This document shows positions 1-13,376 of a stretch of 64,000 nt of DNA, in pieces (within the stretch, counting starts at the first letter, position 1; the number at the start of each line of letters is the position of its first letter). The translations under genes and the position numbers were made by a program. Source of the stretch: Carcharhinus amblyrhynchos (Eukaryota). Below the pieces are notes generated by a model, which was not told the origin of the DNA, did no database searches, and saw only the letters and a program-made list of their open reading frames with translations. The stretch is from NCBI GenBank assembly GCA_965287045.1, contig OZ336873.1, positions 75,392,001-75,456,000 of the forward strand. Direction: 5' to 3'.

Positions 1-244
1 TGTCACGCTGAGAGGTACAGAATTTTAGTGGGGACAGAAAATCTGGTGAGGGGGTGGTTAATTACATTTAAATTTATTAAACTGAATTTAAATCAGGTTC
101 GTGCTCATTATGGGTGTGGACCTGATTACATAGTAAAAATTGGAAATCATGATCCCACTGGCAAGATTTACACTTTCCAGGTTTCACCAGATCTTGAGTC
201 CCTGGAGAGTGTCGGCTCAAGATCCTGCCTGGAGACTCCAGAAG

Positions 245-366
245 TACAGCAACCCCTCAGTATTGCAATGCAGCTTAGATTTTGTGTTTAAGTCTCTGGA
301 GTGGGACTTGCATCCACAACCTCTACCTCCAGATTGAGTGTGCTACCAGTGAGCCATGGTTGACAC
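245..366 (-). mobile_element. SacSINE1/DeuSINE-like SINE 5' fragment (tRNA-derived head)
   Basis: The reverse complement reads gtgtcaaccatggctcactggtagcacactc...ggttgtggatgcaagtcccactccagagactt, the same head as the 26161-26563 copy. Confidence 0.65.
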
Positions 367-522
367 AAAACCAAGTTTCTGAATGTATATAGCAAAGTCA
401 ACCCTTTTGTACCACATCTAAAATGATGAGTTTGTAAGTTTATAAGTTGATAACTTATTATATACGACAGCCTTTGATTCTTCCTAGTAGCAATGCGCTC
501 ACTGACTATAAATTGTTTAAAA

Positions 523-808
523 ACATAGGAATTAAAAGCAGGAGAATGTCACCTAGTCTATCACACCTACTTTGCCATTCAATAAGATCATAGGGCTGAT
601 CTGATTGTAACCTAAACTCCACATTCCCACCTATTTCAAATGACCTTTCACCCCCTTGCTTTTCAAGAATCCACTTAGAACTGCTTTAAAAATATTCAAA
701 GAATCTGCTTCCATTACCTTTTCAGGAAGAGAGTTCCAGAGGTCATAACCCCAACAGAAAAAAAACTTCCATCAGTCTTAAAGAGTTTTTAAACAGTAGC
801 CTCTAGTT
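523..808 (-). mobile_element. Old CR1 LINE 3' end, continuing at 4320-4431 after two nested insertions
   Basis: Reverse CR1 3' UTR motifs (catagga...gccattcaataagatca...gctgatctg; gagttccaga). The CR1 sequence resumes at 4320 with catccatcttgtcaatacccctcaggatcttgtatgtttcaat. Confidence 0.7.
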
Positions 809-2002
809 GATTTTGATTCAGGTTTTTGAAAGGGTAACCAAGAAGGTAGATGAGGGTAGTGCAGTTAAGATTGTCTACACGGACTTTAGCAAGGCCTTTG
901 ATAAGGTACTGTATGATAGGTTGTCGCATAAGGTTAAAGCTCACAGGATCCATGGCGAGGTAGCCAAATGGATACAAAATTGGCTTCATGACAGAAGACA
1001 CAGTGTGCTATTTTTCAAACTGGAAGCCTGTGGCCAGCAGTGTGCCTCAGGGATCAGTGCTGGGTCCACTGTTATTTGTCATTTATATTAATGATTTGAA
1101 TGAGAATATAGGGGGCATAGCTAGTAAGTTTGCAGATGACACCAAGATTGGTGGCATAGTGGAAAGTGAAGAAGGTTGTCACAGATTGCAATGGGATCAT
1201 GATCAATTGGGCCAATGGGCTGACGAATGGCAAATGGAGTTTAATTTAAATAAATGCGAGGTGATGCATTTTGGTAAGTTGAACCAGGGCAGGACTTACT
1301 CAGTTAATGGTATGGTGTTGGGGAGTGCTATAGAACAAAGAGATCTAAGGGTACATGTTCATAGTTCCTTGAAAGTGGAGTCACAGGTGGATAGAGCGAT
1401 GAAGAAGGCACTCAGCATGCTTGGTTTCATTGGTCAGAATATTGAATACAGGAGTTGGGACATCTTGTTGAAATTGTACAAGACATAGGTAAGGCCACAC
1501 TTGGAATACTGGTCACCTTATTATGGAAAGGATATTAAACTGGAAAGAATATAGAAAAGATTTACTAGGATGCTATCGGTACTTGATGGTTTGAGTTATA
1601 AGGAGATGCTGGATCGACTGAGATTTTTTCTCTGGAACGTAGAAGGCTGAGGGGTGATCTTATAGAGGTCTATAAAATAATGTGGGGCACAGATCAGCTA
1701 GATACTCAATATCTTTTCCCAAAGGTAGAAGAGTCTAAAACTAGAGGGCATAGGTTCAGGATGAGAGGGGAGGGATACAGAGGGTGATGAGTGTCTGGAA
1801 CAAACTGCCAGAGGTAGTAGTAGAGGTGGCTATAATTTTGTCTTTTAAAAAGCATTTAGACAGTTACATGGGTAAGATGGGTGTAGAGGGATATGGGCAA
1901 AATGTGGGCAGTTGGGACCAGCTTTGGAGTTTTAAAAAAAGAGTGGCATGGACAAGTTGGCCAAAGGGCCTGTTTCCATTTTGTAAACCTCTATGACTCT
2001 GA
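809..2002 (+). mobile_element. 5'-truncated, decayed CR1 LINE (RT C-terminus plus 3' UTR)
   Basis: Broken frames encode DFSKAFDKV, SSVPQGSVLGPLLF and SKFADDTKIGG. It ends in a ctctatgactct tail. Confidence 0.9.
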
Positions 2003-2007
2003 TTCTA

Positions 2008-4319
2008 AGGGAGAATGTGGTGAAGGATCCTCTTGGGGGGAGTGATCATTGTATGGTGGAGTTTCTGGTGCAGATGGAGGAGGAGAAAGTGGGTTCCCGG
2101 ACACGCGTCCTTTGTTTGAACAGAGGGGAGTACGGTAGGATGACAGAAGAATTGGCGAATGTTGACTGGGAGAGCGCGTTGGAAGGTAGGTCTGCTGAGG
2201 AGCAGTGGAGGATCTTTAAGGAGATCTTTCTTGGTGCTCAGCAGAAATTTATTCCGATGGTTAAAAAGGACCGTAGGAGGAGAGGTAATAAGCCGTGGAT
2301 AACGAAGGAGGTGAAGGAAAGTGTTAAATTAAAAGTGGAGGCGTTTAGAGTAGCTAAGAGTAGTGGGCGAGAAGAGGATTGGGAGAGGTTTAAATGTCAA
2401 CAAAGATTGACAAAGAAGGGTAGGAGAAACTATGAAACTGGGTTAGCGCTTAATATAAAAAAGGATAGCAAGAGTTTTTATAAATATATAAAAAGGAAAA
2501 GGCTGGCTAGGGTGAACGTTGGACCCTTAGAGGATGAGAGGGGGGACTTAGTGGTAGGGGAGGGGGAAATGGCTGAGGTCTTGAATAACTTTTTTGTTTC
2601 GGTCTTCATGGAGGAAGACGTGAATAATTTGCAGGGTGTTAGCGATGGAAAGGTGGTAGGACTGGAGGGTCTCAATGACATTATTGTTACTAGAGAGGCG
2701 GTGCTCAACAGACTGGAGGGACTGATTGTGGAGAATTCCCAAGAACCGGATGGAATGCATCCGAGGGTTCTGAAAGAAATGGCGGAGGTGATAGTGGATG
2801 CCTTGGTGGTTATTTTCCAGACGTCGCTGGATTCTGGGGAAGTGCCGGAAGATTGGAAAGCGGCTAATGTTACGCCGTTGTTTAAGAAGGGTGCCAGGCA
2901 AAAGGCAGGGAATTATAGGCCGGTTAGTTTAACGTCTGTTGTGGGTAAAATGTTAGAATCCGTCATCAAGGAGGAAATAGCAAGGTATCTTGAGGGGAAT
3001 TGCTTGATAGAGCAGACACAGCACGGTTTCGTTAAGGGGAAGTCGTGTCTGACAAATTTATTGGAGTTCTACGAGGATGTGTCTAGGGCGGTGGATAGAG
3101 GAGAGCCGGTGGATGTGGTCTTTCTTGATTTTCAGAAGGCGTTTGACAAGGTACCTCACAAGAGGTTATTGCAGAAGGTAAGGGGGCATGGAGTTGGGGG
3201 TAGGGTGTCAGCGTGGATAGAGGATTGGTTGTCAAATAGGAGGCACAGAGTGGGGGTTAATGGGTGCTATTCGGATTGGCGGTTGGTGACTAGTGGAGTG
3301 CCCCAGGGGTCGGTGCTGGGGCCTCAGCTATTTACCATTTATATAGATGATCTGGAGGAGGGAACCGAGTGTATGGTGTCGAAATTTGCTGATGACACCA
3401 AGATTGGGGGAACGGCAAATTGCGCGGAGGGTGTAGAGAGTCTACAGAAGGATCTAGATAGGCTGGGTGAATGGGCCAGGAAATGGCAAATGGAATTTAA
3501 TGTTGGCAAGTGCGAGGTGGTCCACTTTGGTAGGAATAATGGTAGGGAGGATTATTTCTTACGTGGAGAAAAACTGCAGCAGGCGACGGTGCAGAGGGAC
3601 CTCGGGGTCCTTGTGCGTGAGTCGCAAAAACCCAGCTTGCAGGTGCAGCAGGTGGTCAGGAAGGCTAATGGGATGCTGGCCTTCATAGCGAGGGGGATTG
3701 AATATAAAAGTAGGGAAGTCTTGCTGCGGCTGCATAGGGCATTGGTGAGGCCGCAGCTGGAGTACTGTGTGCAGTTTTGGTCGCCGCACTTACGCAAGGA
3801 CATTTTGGCCTTAGAGGGATGCAGAGGAGGTTTACTAGGCTGATACCGGAGTTGAGGGGGTTGAGCTATGAGGAGAGGCTGAATAAACTAGGCTTGTACT
3901 CGTTAGAGTTTAGAAGAATGAAGGGAGATCTCATTGAGACGTATAAGATGATGAATGGGATGGATAGGATAGAGGTGGAGAGACTCTTCCCACTCAGAAA
4001 GGACAGTAGGACTAGGGAGCACAGCCTCAAGATAAAGCGGGGGGCGGTTTAGAACGGAGTTGAGGAGGAACTTCTTCACTCAAAGGGTGGTGAATCTCTG
4101 GAATTCTCTGCCCGTTGAGGTGGTGGTGGCTGCCTCGCTAAATATTTTTAAGACGCGGGTTGATGGGTTTTTGATAAGCGAGGGGGTTAAGGGTTATGGG
4201 GAGAGGACAGGAATGTGGAACTGAGCCACGACAGATCAGCCATGATCTTAATGAATGGCGGGTCAGGCTCGAAGGGCTGGATGGCCTACTCCTGCTCCTA
4301 TTTCTTATGTTCTTATGTT
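2008..4319 (+). mobile_element. Young 5'-truncated CR1 LINE with nearly intact ORF2 RT region
   Basis: ORF 1993-3843 contains GSDH (end of the APE domain), NYRPVSLTS, QHGF, DFQKAFDKVPH, GVPQGSVLGP and KFADDTK. One frameshift near 3820 precedes QRRFTRLIP. The 3' tail is (ttcttatg)n and the copy is CpG-rich. Confidence 0.95.
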
Positions 4320-4431
4320 AATTCTCTCACATCCATCTTGTCAATACCCCTCAGGATCTTGTATGTTTCAATAAAGTTGCCTCTTTCTTTTCAAAATTCC
4401 GGTGGATATAAGCCTAGCCTGCTTCGGTATT

Positions 4432-4692
4432 CATAGAAATCAGAAACCCTACAATGCAGAAAGAGGCCATTTGGCCCATTGACCACAATCCCATCCAGGC
4501 CCTACCCCATTATTTCTACATATTTTACCTGCTAATCCCTCTAACCTACACATTTCATGACACTCAGGGACAATTTTTAGCATGACCAATCAACCTAACC
4601 TGCACATCTTTAGACTGTGGGAGGAAACCGGAGCACCCGGAGGAAACCCACACAGACACGAGGAAAATGTGCAAACTCCAAGCTAACCACTG
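4432..4692 (-). mobile_element. HE1/V-SINE-like SINE
   Basis: Contains the reverse core gactgtgggaggaaaccggagcacccggaggaaacccacacagacac and a CR1-like tail (catagaa). Confidence 0.85.
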
Positions 4693-5428
4693 TATTTCTC
4701 GTGACCAATCACCCAATATCCACTATAGGTAGAACTCACGAGTTCTATGATGACATCTTTGAGATGCTCATGAAATTGTCAAAACAAATACCCATTCAAA
4801 TTCCACTTGAAAAATATCCTCTCATCAAATTGTCATAAAACTATCAAAATAAAAAAAATTCAAAAACTTCAAAAAACAAGATTCTGTGAGGAGCTCATAA
4901 AACTGTAAAGAACTTGTTGGTGAGTCTGATATTGGATAGAGACCTGTTATCTAGACTGTAGGTGGTGGAAGTCCAGTCCGGGGGCTGCGGTTGAATATGG
5001 ACAACAAAAGACATCAGGAAGTGGGGTAACTTAGAAGATTGAGAGAATTCATTCCCATTCCTCCTGGTTCACAGAGTGCTGTAGAGGGATTTGCCTTCTC
5101 CCAGACCCTGTCCTCTCCTCGGTGTAACTTTCGGGTTCCTTGAGGTACCATCACCCCTTTAATCATTTAATCTATCCAGCTGTCAGTTCTATCAGAGACC
5201 TCCTCTTCTGTTCCTTTCCCTCTCTCCCCTTTCAAGGGTTCCATGCTTTTTAAATCCTTCACTTACAATACAAGAGGAACATCATATGAAGCCATTGAAC
5301 AATCACAATACTTATTTTGTGGCTGAACATTTTATTCTGGCTACATGTAGCTGGTAGCTTTTTTCTCAGATAACTTTCAGACATACAGAGATGTTTCTGG
5401 TAGTTATCAACAGTTTATGAGAATACGA

Positions 5429-6275
5429 TGGACACAATTTCCTCCCAAAAATTCTAAGTACCCAATGGATGGGAAGATATAGGGTTTTCCCACCCATTTT
5501 GGGGCAAGCTGAATGAAATGAATATATGGCACTCTGTGCAACACAGACGCCTTCAGGCAATTCACACCAATAGAGTGGGCCTAATCCCGCTTCAGCAAAC
5601 TGCTGAGGGGGCTACTGCAAACGCACTGATCTCTCCATATATTGGGAGATCAGTTGACATGTCTCTACTGATGGCGTGCCTCCTGATCGCCAGCTCCGAT
5701 CTCCCACCCACCCTCAATGGCCAGCCTCCTGCTGGCCAGCCCCCAACCCCCATGCAAAGTACTCCCTTCCCTTCCCTCCTACCTTCCCCAAGTCTGACTC
5801 ACCCTATTCTGTCCCCATGCCTGTGAGGCATCACTCCTTGGCACTGCCCAGTGCCCACTGGGCACTGCCATTGTGTGAAAATACAGTGCTAGGCTGGCAC
5901 TGCCCACTAGGTGCCCCACCTGCCCCCGATCCCCTGGCTGGCCTCAATGGCCTCTGGTCCCACCAGTGAGGCCATCACACCTGATCCCCATTGCTAGGGA
6001 CAATACATGATCCTTATTGGTGTGGACCTCACTGACAGGGTCAGAAACATAAGACAGCATGGATGATACCATCCTGGACTTGCTAAATAGATTGAAATGA
6101 ATATATAAACATTTAAATCAGCCTCACACCTTTCCCTGCTACGAGGCTGATTACATTAAAAATATTGGTCCGGAAAAATCATGACTGGCTGGACGCCGGT
6201 TGTGATTCCTGTTTTTGGCCTTCTCTGATATTTGCTGCTCCGTGACTTGCCCAGCAGAGTGGGAAAATCATGCCC
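5429..6275. mobile_element. Non-autonomous DNA-transposon-like (MITE-like) element
   Basis: Imperfect terminal inverted repeats (ggacacaatttcc ... gggaaaatcatgccc) and internal ggcactgcc/ggcagtgcc motifs shared with 6700-7500, 17124-18110, 29250-29660 and 38040-38350. Confidence 0.55.
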
Positions 6276-6699
6276 TGTGTTTTTCCATATATGGTGGTGT
6301 CAGGGAGACAAATAAGGATCCTAGCAAAATGAGATTTACCTGTTTTCTACCGCCAGACATTGGGTGGGGGAGAAAAATTGATCAGTGGCAATGCTGCCTT
6401 CTCCAACTTCCCACTCCCTCCCAATATTATATGGGCAAAAGTTTTGATTATTCATTTAACTATAAAATTTGGACTTCAAATGAGGTAATGGTTATGTTGT
6501 GTGGTACCTGTTTGACACACATCCTGCAGACTAACAGCCAGATACAAGATATCTGAGAAAAAGAGCTGGAAAAACGCAGCAGGTCTAGTAGCATCCACAG
6601 AAAGAGAAACAAAGATAATAGGCTAAGTTTTACTGCAAAATGGCAGGGTGTTGTTTCCAGTGAGAAAACAAACTTTTTTCCTCTAAAGATCTTATGACA

Positions 6700-7500
6700 C
6701 TCTGCTAAAAAAATCAAGGGGGTGTGTTTCATGCCATTATAGGGGGGATGGGGGGGGGGGGGGGGTGCAAGACACCAAATCACACCAGCAAAACCTGGCT
6801 GCACTGACATCAGGGCACTATCTTTAAAGGTTGCCCCAATCATAATCTGAGTAAACCTCCCCCCACAGCCCACCACAGAGGTTCCAGGGATTCCCCTCCC
6901 TATTGCCAATGAGAGTAGCTCCTTTTTCCCCCTCCTAGTCATTGGCCTCTTCTCTCCTCCCCACTGCCATTATCAGCCCCTCCCGCTCACCCTACCTCCC
7001 CCACCGTCTGAGCCAGCATACGCCCCTTGCTCCCCAATAACCATCATTGGCACCCCAGATCCTCCATCCACGAATGACCACCATCACATCGAAATGAATC
7101 ACCCTCCATACCCCCACCCCCCACAACACCCCCACCCTACAGTGCCACGATGGCAATGCCAAACTGTGAATAGGGGCAGTGCCAGAGAGCATTGCCAGGC
7201 TACTGCCAAGCTATGTCCCTCTACCTGGCATCTATATTCACCTTTTCACCCCTGGGAGACACCCATGACAGCTTCACGTCTGGGTGAATCTGTGTCAATA
7301 TACAGCGGGAGTCAATATCTGGCAAGGGGGTGGGTAATAATATGTAAATATACTTAAATGAATATAAAGCAGGTTCACACCTGTTATGGATGCGAACCTG
7401 ATGATGTCACCAGTGAGGGGCGGGGAAAATCTGAATTTGCGTTCTTGCCACAGTGAACTGTGTCTTCCGGATCTTGAGATCCCGCCCACATTCTCACAGG
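6700..7500. mobile_element. MITE-like non-autonomous element, same motif family as 5429-6275
   Basis: Shares the ctttaaagg...cccc block, a C-rich stretch and ggcagtgcc motifs. Confidence 0.45.
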
Positions 7501-8319
7501 CAGCTAAAGTACTGAAAACATATGAACTCGAGACATTAACTGTGAAAATGGTATTAACTTGCTAAAGGTGGCTCCTGATTTCAGTACTGTCCATAACATA
7601 CCACCAAGAGAGTCAGCCAGCCTACCAGTGTGTGAAATTCAATTTTAGATTACTGTTCAAGCTGAACAGAAGAATAAATTGAAGTAGACTTAAGTGTTAA
7701 TAAAGAGAACTTGTCTGTTTGGCCATAGCCTGACCAGAAAAGAATGTCAACTAACATGACCTTTATAAATAATTGTCATTTGTTCAATGTGGATCGAAGC
7801 ACTGAAACTAATATGCTAGCCATGATATAATAACCATGGTAGATAAGCAATGCTATAAAATCAGTGATGTTTAAGAGGAATTATACTGACCAAAATAGAA
7901 ATGCGCAATAGGAAAAAATAAACCTCAGAAAGAAGAAAAACATTTCCAAACACACTGGGACCAGTTACATTTCAACAAATCCAGAGGGAGCAATGAGACT
8001 TGCAGTAGGCCAGCAATCCATTTATTGCTGCAATTAGCTTCATCATGACTTTTTTACTCAGTCACAGCATTAACATTGTACATTCAGATTTCCCAATCAG
8101 AGAGGGTGATGATATGCTAGATTTCTGGTTAAAGAGACGCAATGAGAATGGCTCAACAGTGCACTGATTCCTGAGGCTTTAGCAATCATGGGAATAAAGG
8201 GGAGGTGGGGGAAAGTTGTCTGCCCTACCCACTACACCTCATCCAGCTCATCCCCGACTCTGCTCCTGGTCGTGGAAACTTACCTGGAGGGCCTACTGTG
8301 GGATCTGAGGGACTGAAAT

Positions 8320-9306
8320 GGTGGCCAAGTGGTTAGTACAGTGCCAGGGACCTGGGTTCGATTCTGGCCTTGGGTGACTATGTGGAAGTTGCATGTTGTC
8401 CCCGTGTCTGCATGGATTTCCTCCAGAGTCACAGAGATATACAGCATGAAACAGGCCCTTTGGCCCAACTCGTTGATCAAGTTTCCTAAACTGAACTGGT
8501 CCCAATTGCCTGTGTTTGGCCCATATCCCTTGAAACCTCACCCATCCATGTACCTGTCCAAATGTATTTTAAATATTGTAATTACGCTCAGCTGTACCAC
8601 CTCCTCTTGCAGCTCATTCCATATATGCACCATCCTCCATGTGAAAAAGTTTTACCTCAGGTAACTTTCAAAACTTTCCCCTCTTACCTTAAACCGATAC
8701 CCTCTGGTTTTGGATTCCCCTCAAGACCTTGGTTATCCATCTTATCTGTGCCCCTCATGATTTTATAAACCACTATAAGGTCACCCACTCATCCTCCTAT
8801 GTTCCAGGGAAAAATGTTTCAGCCTATCCAGTCTCTCCTTATAATTCAAGTCCCAGTAACATCCTCGTAAATCTTTTTTCACTCTTTCCAATTTGATAAC
8901 ATTCTTCCAGGATTGTACATATGGCCTTACTAACGTCTTGTACAGTTGTAACATAATGCTCTGATCAATGAAGGTAAGTGTGCCAAATGGCTTCTTCACC
9001 ACCCTGTCTACCTGTGATGCCACTTTCAAGGAACTATGTACTTGCACCCCTAGGCCTCTCTATTCAACAACACTCCCCAGGGCCTTATCATTAACTATGT
9101 ATGTCCTGCCTGGTTTGTCTTACCAGGTGCTCTGGTTTCCTCCCACAGTCCAAAGATGTGTAGGTTAGGTGGATTGGCCATGATAAATGTGTAGAATTGC
9201 GGTGATAGAACAGTGGGGGTTGGGCATGTGTAAGAGACTCTTTTGGAGAGTCAGTGCAGACCTGATGGACCAAATGGCATTCTTCTGCACTGTAGGAATT
9301 CAATGG
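8320..9306 (+). mobile_element. HE1/V-SINE split by a CR1 insertion (head 8320-8425, remainder 9123-9306)
   Basis: The head gtggttagtacagtgccagggacctgggttcgattc...ggatttcctccag resumes as caggtgctctggtttcctcccacagtccaaagatgtg. Confidence 0.85.
8426..9122 (-). mobile_element. CR1 3' fragment nested inside the SINE
   Basis: The minus frame encodes QVHSSLKVASQVDRVVKK...LYKTLVRP. The reverse 3' UTR lies at the left end. Confidence 0.85.
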
Positions 9307-9355
9307 GATGTTTCTGAAGGGTGGGAGGAGACAGGCTCTGGGTTCTGCATGGTCT

Positions 9356-9673
9356 TAGAACAAAGAACAAACAAAATAACAGCACAGCAACAGGCCTTCA
9401 GCCCTCCAAGCCTGCGCCGGCCATGCTGTCCGACTGAACTAAAATTCTTACTCTTTTCTGGACTATATCCCTCTATTCCCATCCTATCATGTATTTGTCA
9501 AGACGCCACTTAAAAGTCGCCACTGTATCTGTTTCCACTAACTCCCCTGTCAATGAGTTCCAGGCACCCACTACCCTCTGGGCAAAAAAAATTGCCTCGT
9601 ACATCTCCTTTAAACCTTGCTCTCACACCTTACACCTATGCCCCTTAGTAATTGACTCTTCCACCCTGGGAAA
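9356..9673 (-). mobile_element. CR1 3' end, near-identical copy of 11354-11671
   Basis: Reverse tail agaacaaagaacaaa and 3' UTR, about 97% identical to the 11.3-kb copy by manual count. Confidence 0.9.
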
Positions 9674-11094
9674 TATCAAGTTTGTGTGGATGGAAGTAGC
9701 TGAGGAAGTCAGCAGCACGAAGGTGATCGCTTGGACCTGGATATGGTACCCAATAGGTACAAGAACTTCAGGAGGGCAGGAAAGTTGATTGGCATAATAT
9801 TGTCATGTTTCAATCACCACCCTGCCTTTTCCGGGATTCTTCCGTTCAGCACTCCGCAGACTAACAGATGTTGTAGTTCTGTGTATTTCTCTCTCACTAG
9901 TACTTCCTCACATTCCCACCTGAACAGCTAAAACTCTCACTTATTCTCATCTGTACCTTGAAGTAACCCTCCACAAAGTTTGTTCATCCTTCACTTCCAC
10001 ACAATCCACCTCTTCAAGTCATAACTCACTGCTTCCTCTCCATGGAGTAGGGAGCTCAGAGCTATATGGAAGGTAGAGATCTGGGGAAGCTGTGAGAGGG
10101 AGTGCTGGGCTGGAGAGTCAGAAGGTCCTGCAATGACATCCACCTCAGTGACCATTTAAGATGTATGTCTTCCTGGTCTACTGGGAAAGAGATCTTGTTC
10201 TGAGGGGCTTCAGATGTCAGCAGCAACTTACCATAGAAGCTGAACTACCTGAGACACTGGGCAGAATGTCAGGTTCTTGGTCCAATACCAGTTTTTGGCT
10301 CTTTACCTACCTACTAGCACCTGAACCTGCTTCCTCCTGACAGTCATAATTCTGCCCATTTGTTCTGATCTAGTTGATTGATACTTGGACATAGTATTCG
10401 TGCAAAAAATTGTCAGCTGCAATTTAAATTAGCCCTTTGTAATTCTAATATGTCTATGTATTATCACCATAGTTTGATCCAGTTACCCAAGGTGCTTCCA
10501 GTAAGCCTGGAAGTAATTTTCTGTAATCAATTCCCAATTGGAATGGTTAATGCCATTTTTACAATGGGCATAAGAATAACTTGTTTGCCATCTTCTAGTC
10601 TGAAAGTAAATGCAGCCCATAAAGAATTGCTGTTATCCCGAGCAGAGGGCTATCGAGATAAAGGGAGGTGTGACACCAATCAATTGGTAGCAAATTAGTT
10701 TTCAGTACAGCAAGAAAGTGTGATCACCCAGAAAAAGATCATGATGTAACATGATATAACTAGCTCTAGGGAGAATGCATCAAAATCAGCCCATTCCCAG
10801 TAAGGTACATTGGCATGTGCTCTGAGTTAAATATACTAACACAGCTCAGGTCTGGGTAGAAAGTATTAACACGCCTGAGCTCTACTTAGAATATATCAAC
10901 TGCCAGGTCCAAACAGAATGTAAGAAAATTAGTCAGCTCTCAAAAATATCTGACAACAGTCCCAGTGAAATATCTCAAATGTTCATAATTTTGAAACATA
11001 GCAGTCTTGCAGTTGGATAATGCAATGGTCTAGTCACTACATGCAGACCAAGGACTTCAAAAATGAAAAGTAAATAAATTTGACCATGAGTACT

Positions 11095-11230
11095 AAGTTT
11101 GGATGAAAGGCCATTGATCTGAAACAGTAACACTGTTCCTCTCTTCACTGATGCTACCAGAATTGCTGGTAGTTCTCATATTTTCTATTTTTATTTTAGA
11201 TTTCCAGCATTTATGCAATATGGAATTTTG
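11095..11230 (+). mobile_element. Penelope-type pLTR-derived short repeat with a degenerate hammerhead core
   Basis: Reads gtt-TGGATGA-aaggccattgatct-GAAA-cagt-aac followed by ctgttcctctcttcactgatgct...tttagatttccagcat. Same family as 39571-39704; a further core-less remnant lies at about 6555-6620. Confidence 0.55.
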
Positions 11231-12484
11231 GAAAGAGAGGTTAGTTTTATTGAGAAGACCACAGGGGGATGTACTGGACTGAATGTTCAATTCCCATCAG
11301 AGGTGGGAAGGCCCAAAGTTTGGAGCCAAGGATTGCTGGGTTCTGCATGGCCTTAGAACAAAGAACAAACAAAATAACAGCACAACAACAGGCCTTCAGC
11401 CCTCCAAGCCTGTGCCAACCATGCTGTCCGACTGAACTAAAATTCTTACCCTTTTCTGGACCATATCCCTCTATTCCCATCCTATCATGTATTTGTCAAG
11501 ACGCCACTTAAAAGTCACCACTGTATCTGTTTCCACTAACTCCCCCGTCAATGAGTTCCAGGCACCCACTACCCTCTGGGCAAAAAAAATTGCCTCGTAC
11601 ATCTCCTTTAAACCTTGCTCTCGCACCTTAAACCTATGCCCCTTAGTAATTGACTCTTCCACCCTGGGAAAAAGCTTCTGACTATCCACTCTGTCCATGC
11701 CACTCATACTCTTGTAGATTTCTATCAGGTCACCCATCAATCTCCATCGTTCCATTGAGAACAAACCAAGTTTCTCCAACCTCTCCTCATAGCTAATGCC
11801 CTCTATATCAGGCAACATCCTGGTAAATCTTTTCTGTACCCTCTCCAAAGCCTCCATATCATTCTGATATTGTGGCGACCAGAATTGAACACTGTACTTC
11901 AAGTGTGGTTCTATAAAACTGAAACGTGCTTTGCCAATTTTTAAACTCAATGCTCTGGCCGATGAAGGCAAGCATGCCATATGCCTTCTTGACTACCTTC
12001 TCCACCTGTGTTGCCTACTTTCAATTTCCTGTGTACCTGGACACCCAGATCCCTCTGCCTATCTATACTCTTAAAGGTTCTGCCATTTACTGTATATTGT
12101 ACATCTATTAGACCTTGCAAAATGCATTACCTCACATTTGTCCAGATTGAACTCCATCTGCCATCTCTCCAGCCGATCTATTTCCTGCTGAATCCTCTGG
12201 CAACCCTCATCGCTATCCGCACTTCCACCAACCTTTGTGTAGTCTGCAAACATACTAATCAAACCAATTACACTTTCCTCCTAATCATTTATATATATTA
12301 CAAACTGCACTGATCTTTGAGGAATGCCACTTGTCACAGCCTTCAGAAATGCACTCTTCCACTGCTACCCTCTGTCTTCTATGACCGACATGATGTAGAG
12401 ATGCTGGCGTTGGACTAGGGTAAACACAGTAAGAAGTCTCACAACACCAGGTTTAAGTCCAACCAGGTTATTTGATAGTAAACC

Positions 12485-12520
12485 CACAAGCTTTCGGAAA
12501 CGCTGTTCCTTCATCAGGTG
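12485..12520 (-). ncRNA. Minimal type-I hammerhead ribozyme motif in a Penelope pLTR
   Basis: Minus strand reads cac-CUGAUGA-a-GGAA(cagcgu)UUCC-GAAA-gc-UU-gug: intact core, 4-bp helix II, palindromic minimal helix III and 3-bp helix I. Activity is untested. Confidence 0.72.
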
Positions 12521-13376
12521 TGTGGAAGGTTCTGATCAGAGAAGGGCATATAAAGTCACACACAGGCATAGGTTAAAGAGATGTGTATTGTCTTCAGACA
12601 GGACACTGAGTGAGATTTTGCAAGCCGAGACAAGTCATTGGGGTTACAGATAGTGCCACATGAACCCAAGATCCCGGTTGAGGCCGTCCTCATGTGTGCG
12701 GAACTTGGTTATCTGTCTCTGCTCAGTGACTCTGTGCTGTCGTGTGTCATGAAGGCCGCCTTGGAGAACGCTTACCCAAAGATCAGAGACCGAATGCCCA
12801 TGACTGCTGAAGTGTTCGCCAACAGGAAGGGAACGGTCTTGCCTGGTGATTGTCGAGCGATGTTCATTCATCCGTTGTCATAGTGTCTGCATGATCTCCC
12901 CAATGTACCATGCTTCGGGGCATCCTTTCCTGCAGCGTATTAGGTAGACAACGTTGGTCCACCAAGTACATGGCACATACTCTTGCAACTCGGCCAACGT
13001 TGTCTACCTAATGTGCCTCTGATCTTCGGGTAAGTCTTCTTCAAGGCGGCCTTCGCGACACACGACAGCACAGAGTCGCTGAGCAGAGACTGATAGCCAA
13101 GTTCCACACACATGAGAACGGCCTCAACCAGGATCTTGGGTTCATGACGCACTATCTGTAACCCCCATGACTTGCCTGGGCTTGCAAAATCTCACTTACT
13201 GTCCTGTCTGGAGACAATACACATCTCTTTAACCTATGCCTAATGCTGCATCCACTCACGTTGTCTGCACCTTTAAGACTTGAATAGCAGGTTAGCTGTA
13301 AAGACGTGTATTCTAATCAGTATTCTGTAAACTGTGTGTGACTTTATATGCCCTTCTCTGATCAGAACCTTCCACA

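Noticed and set aside
1993-3843. 616-aa ORF as a host gene
   Set aside because: It is 5'-truncated CR1 ORF2. Its ATG comes from the neighbouring element's tail and it frameshifts near 3820.
6742-6765. G-run here and C-run at about 17641-17667 as regulatory G-quadruplexes
   Set aside because: They are homopolymer tracts inside MITE-like repeats with no independent evidence of function.
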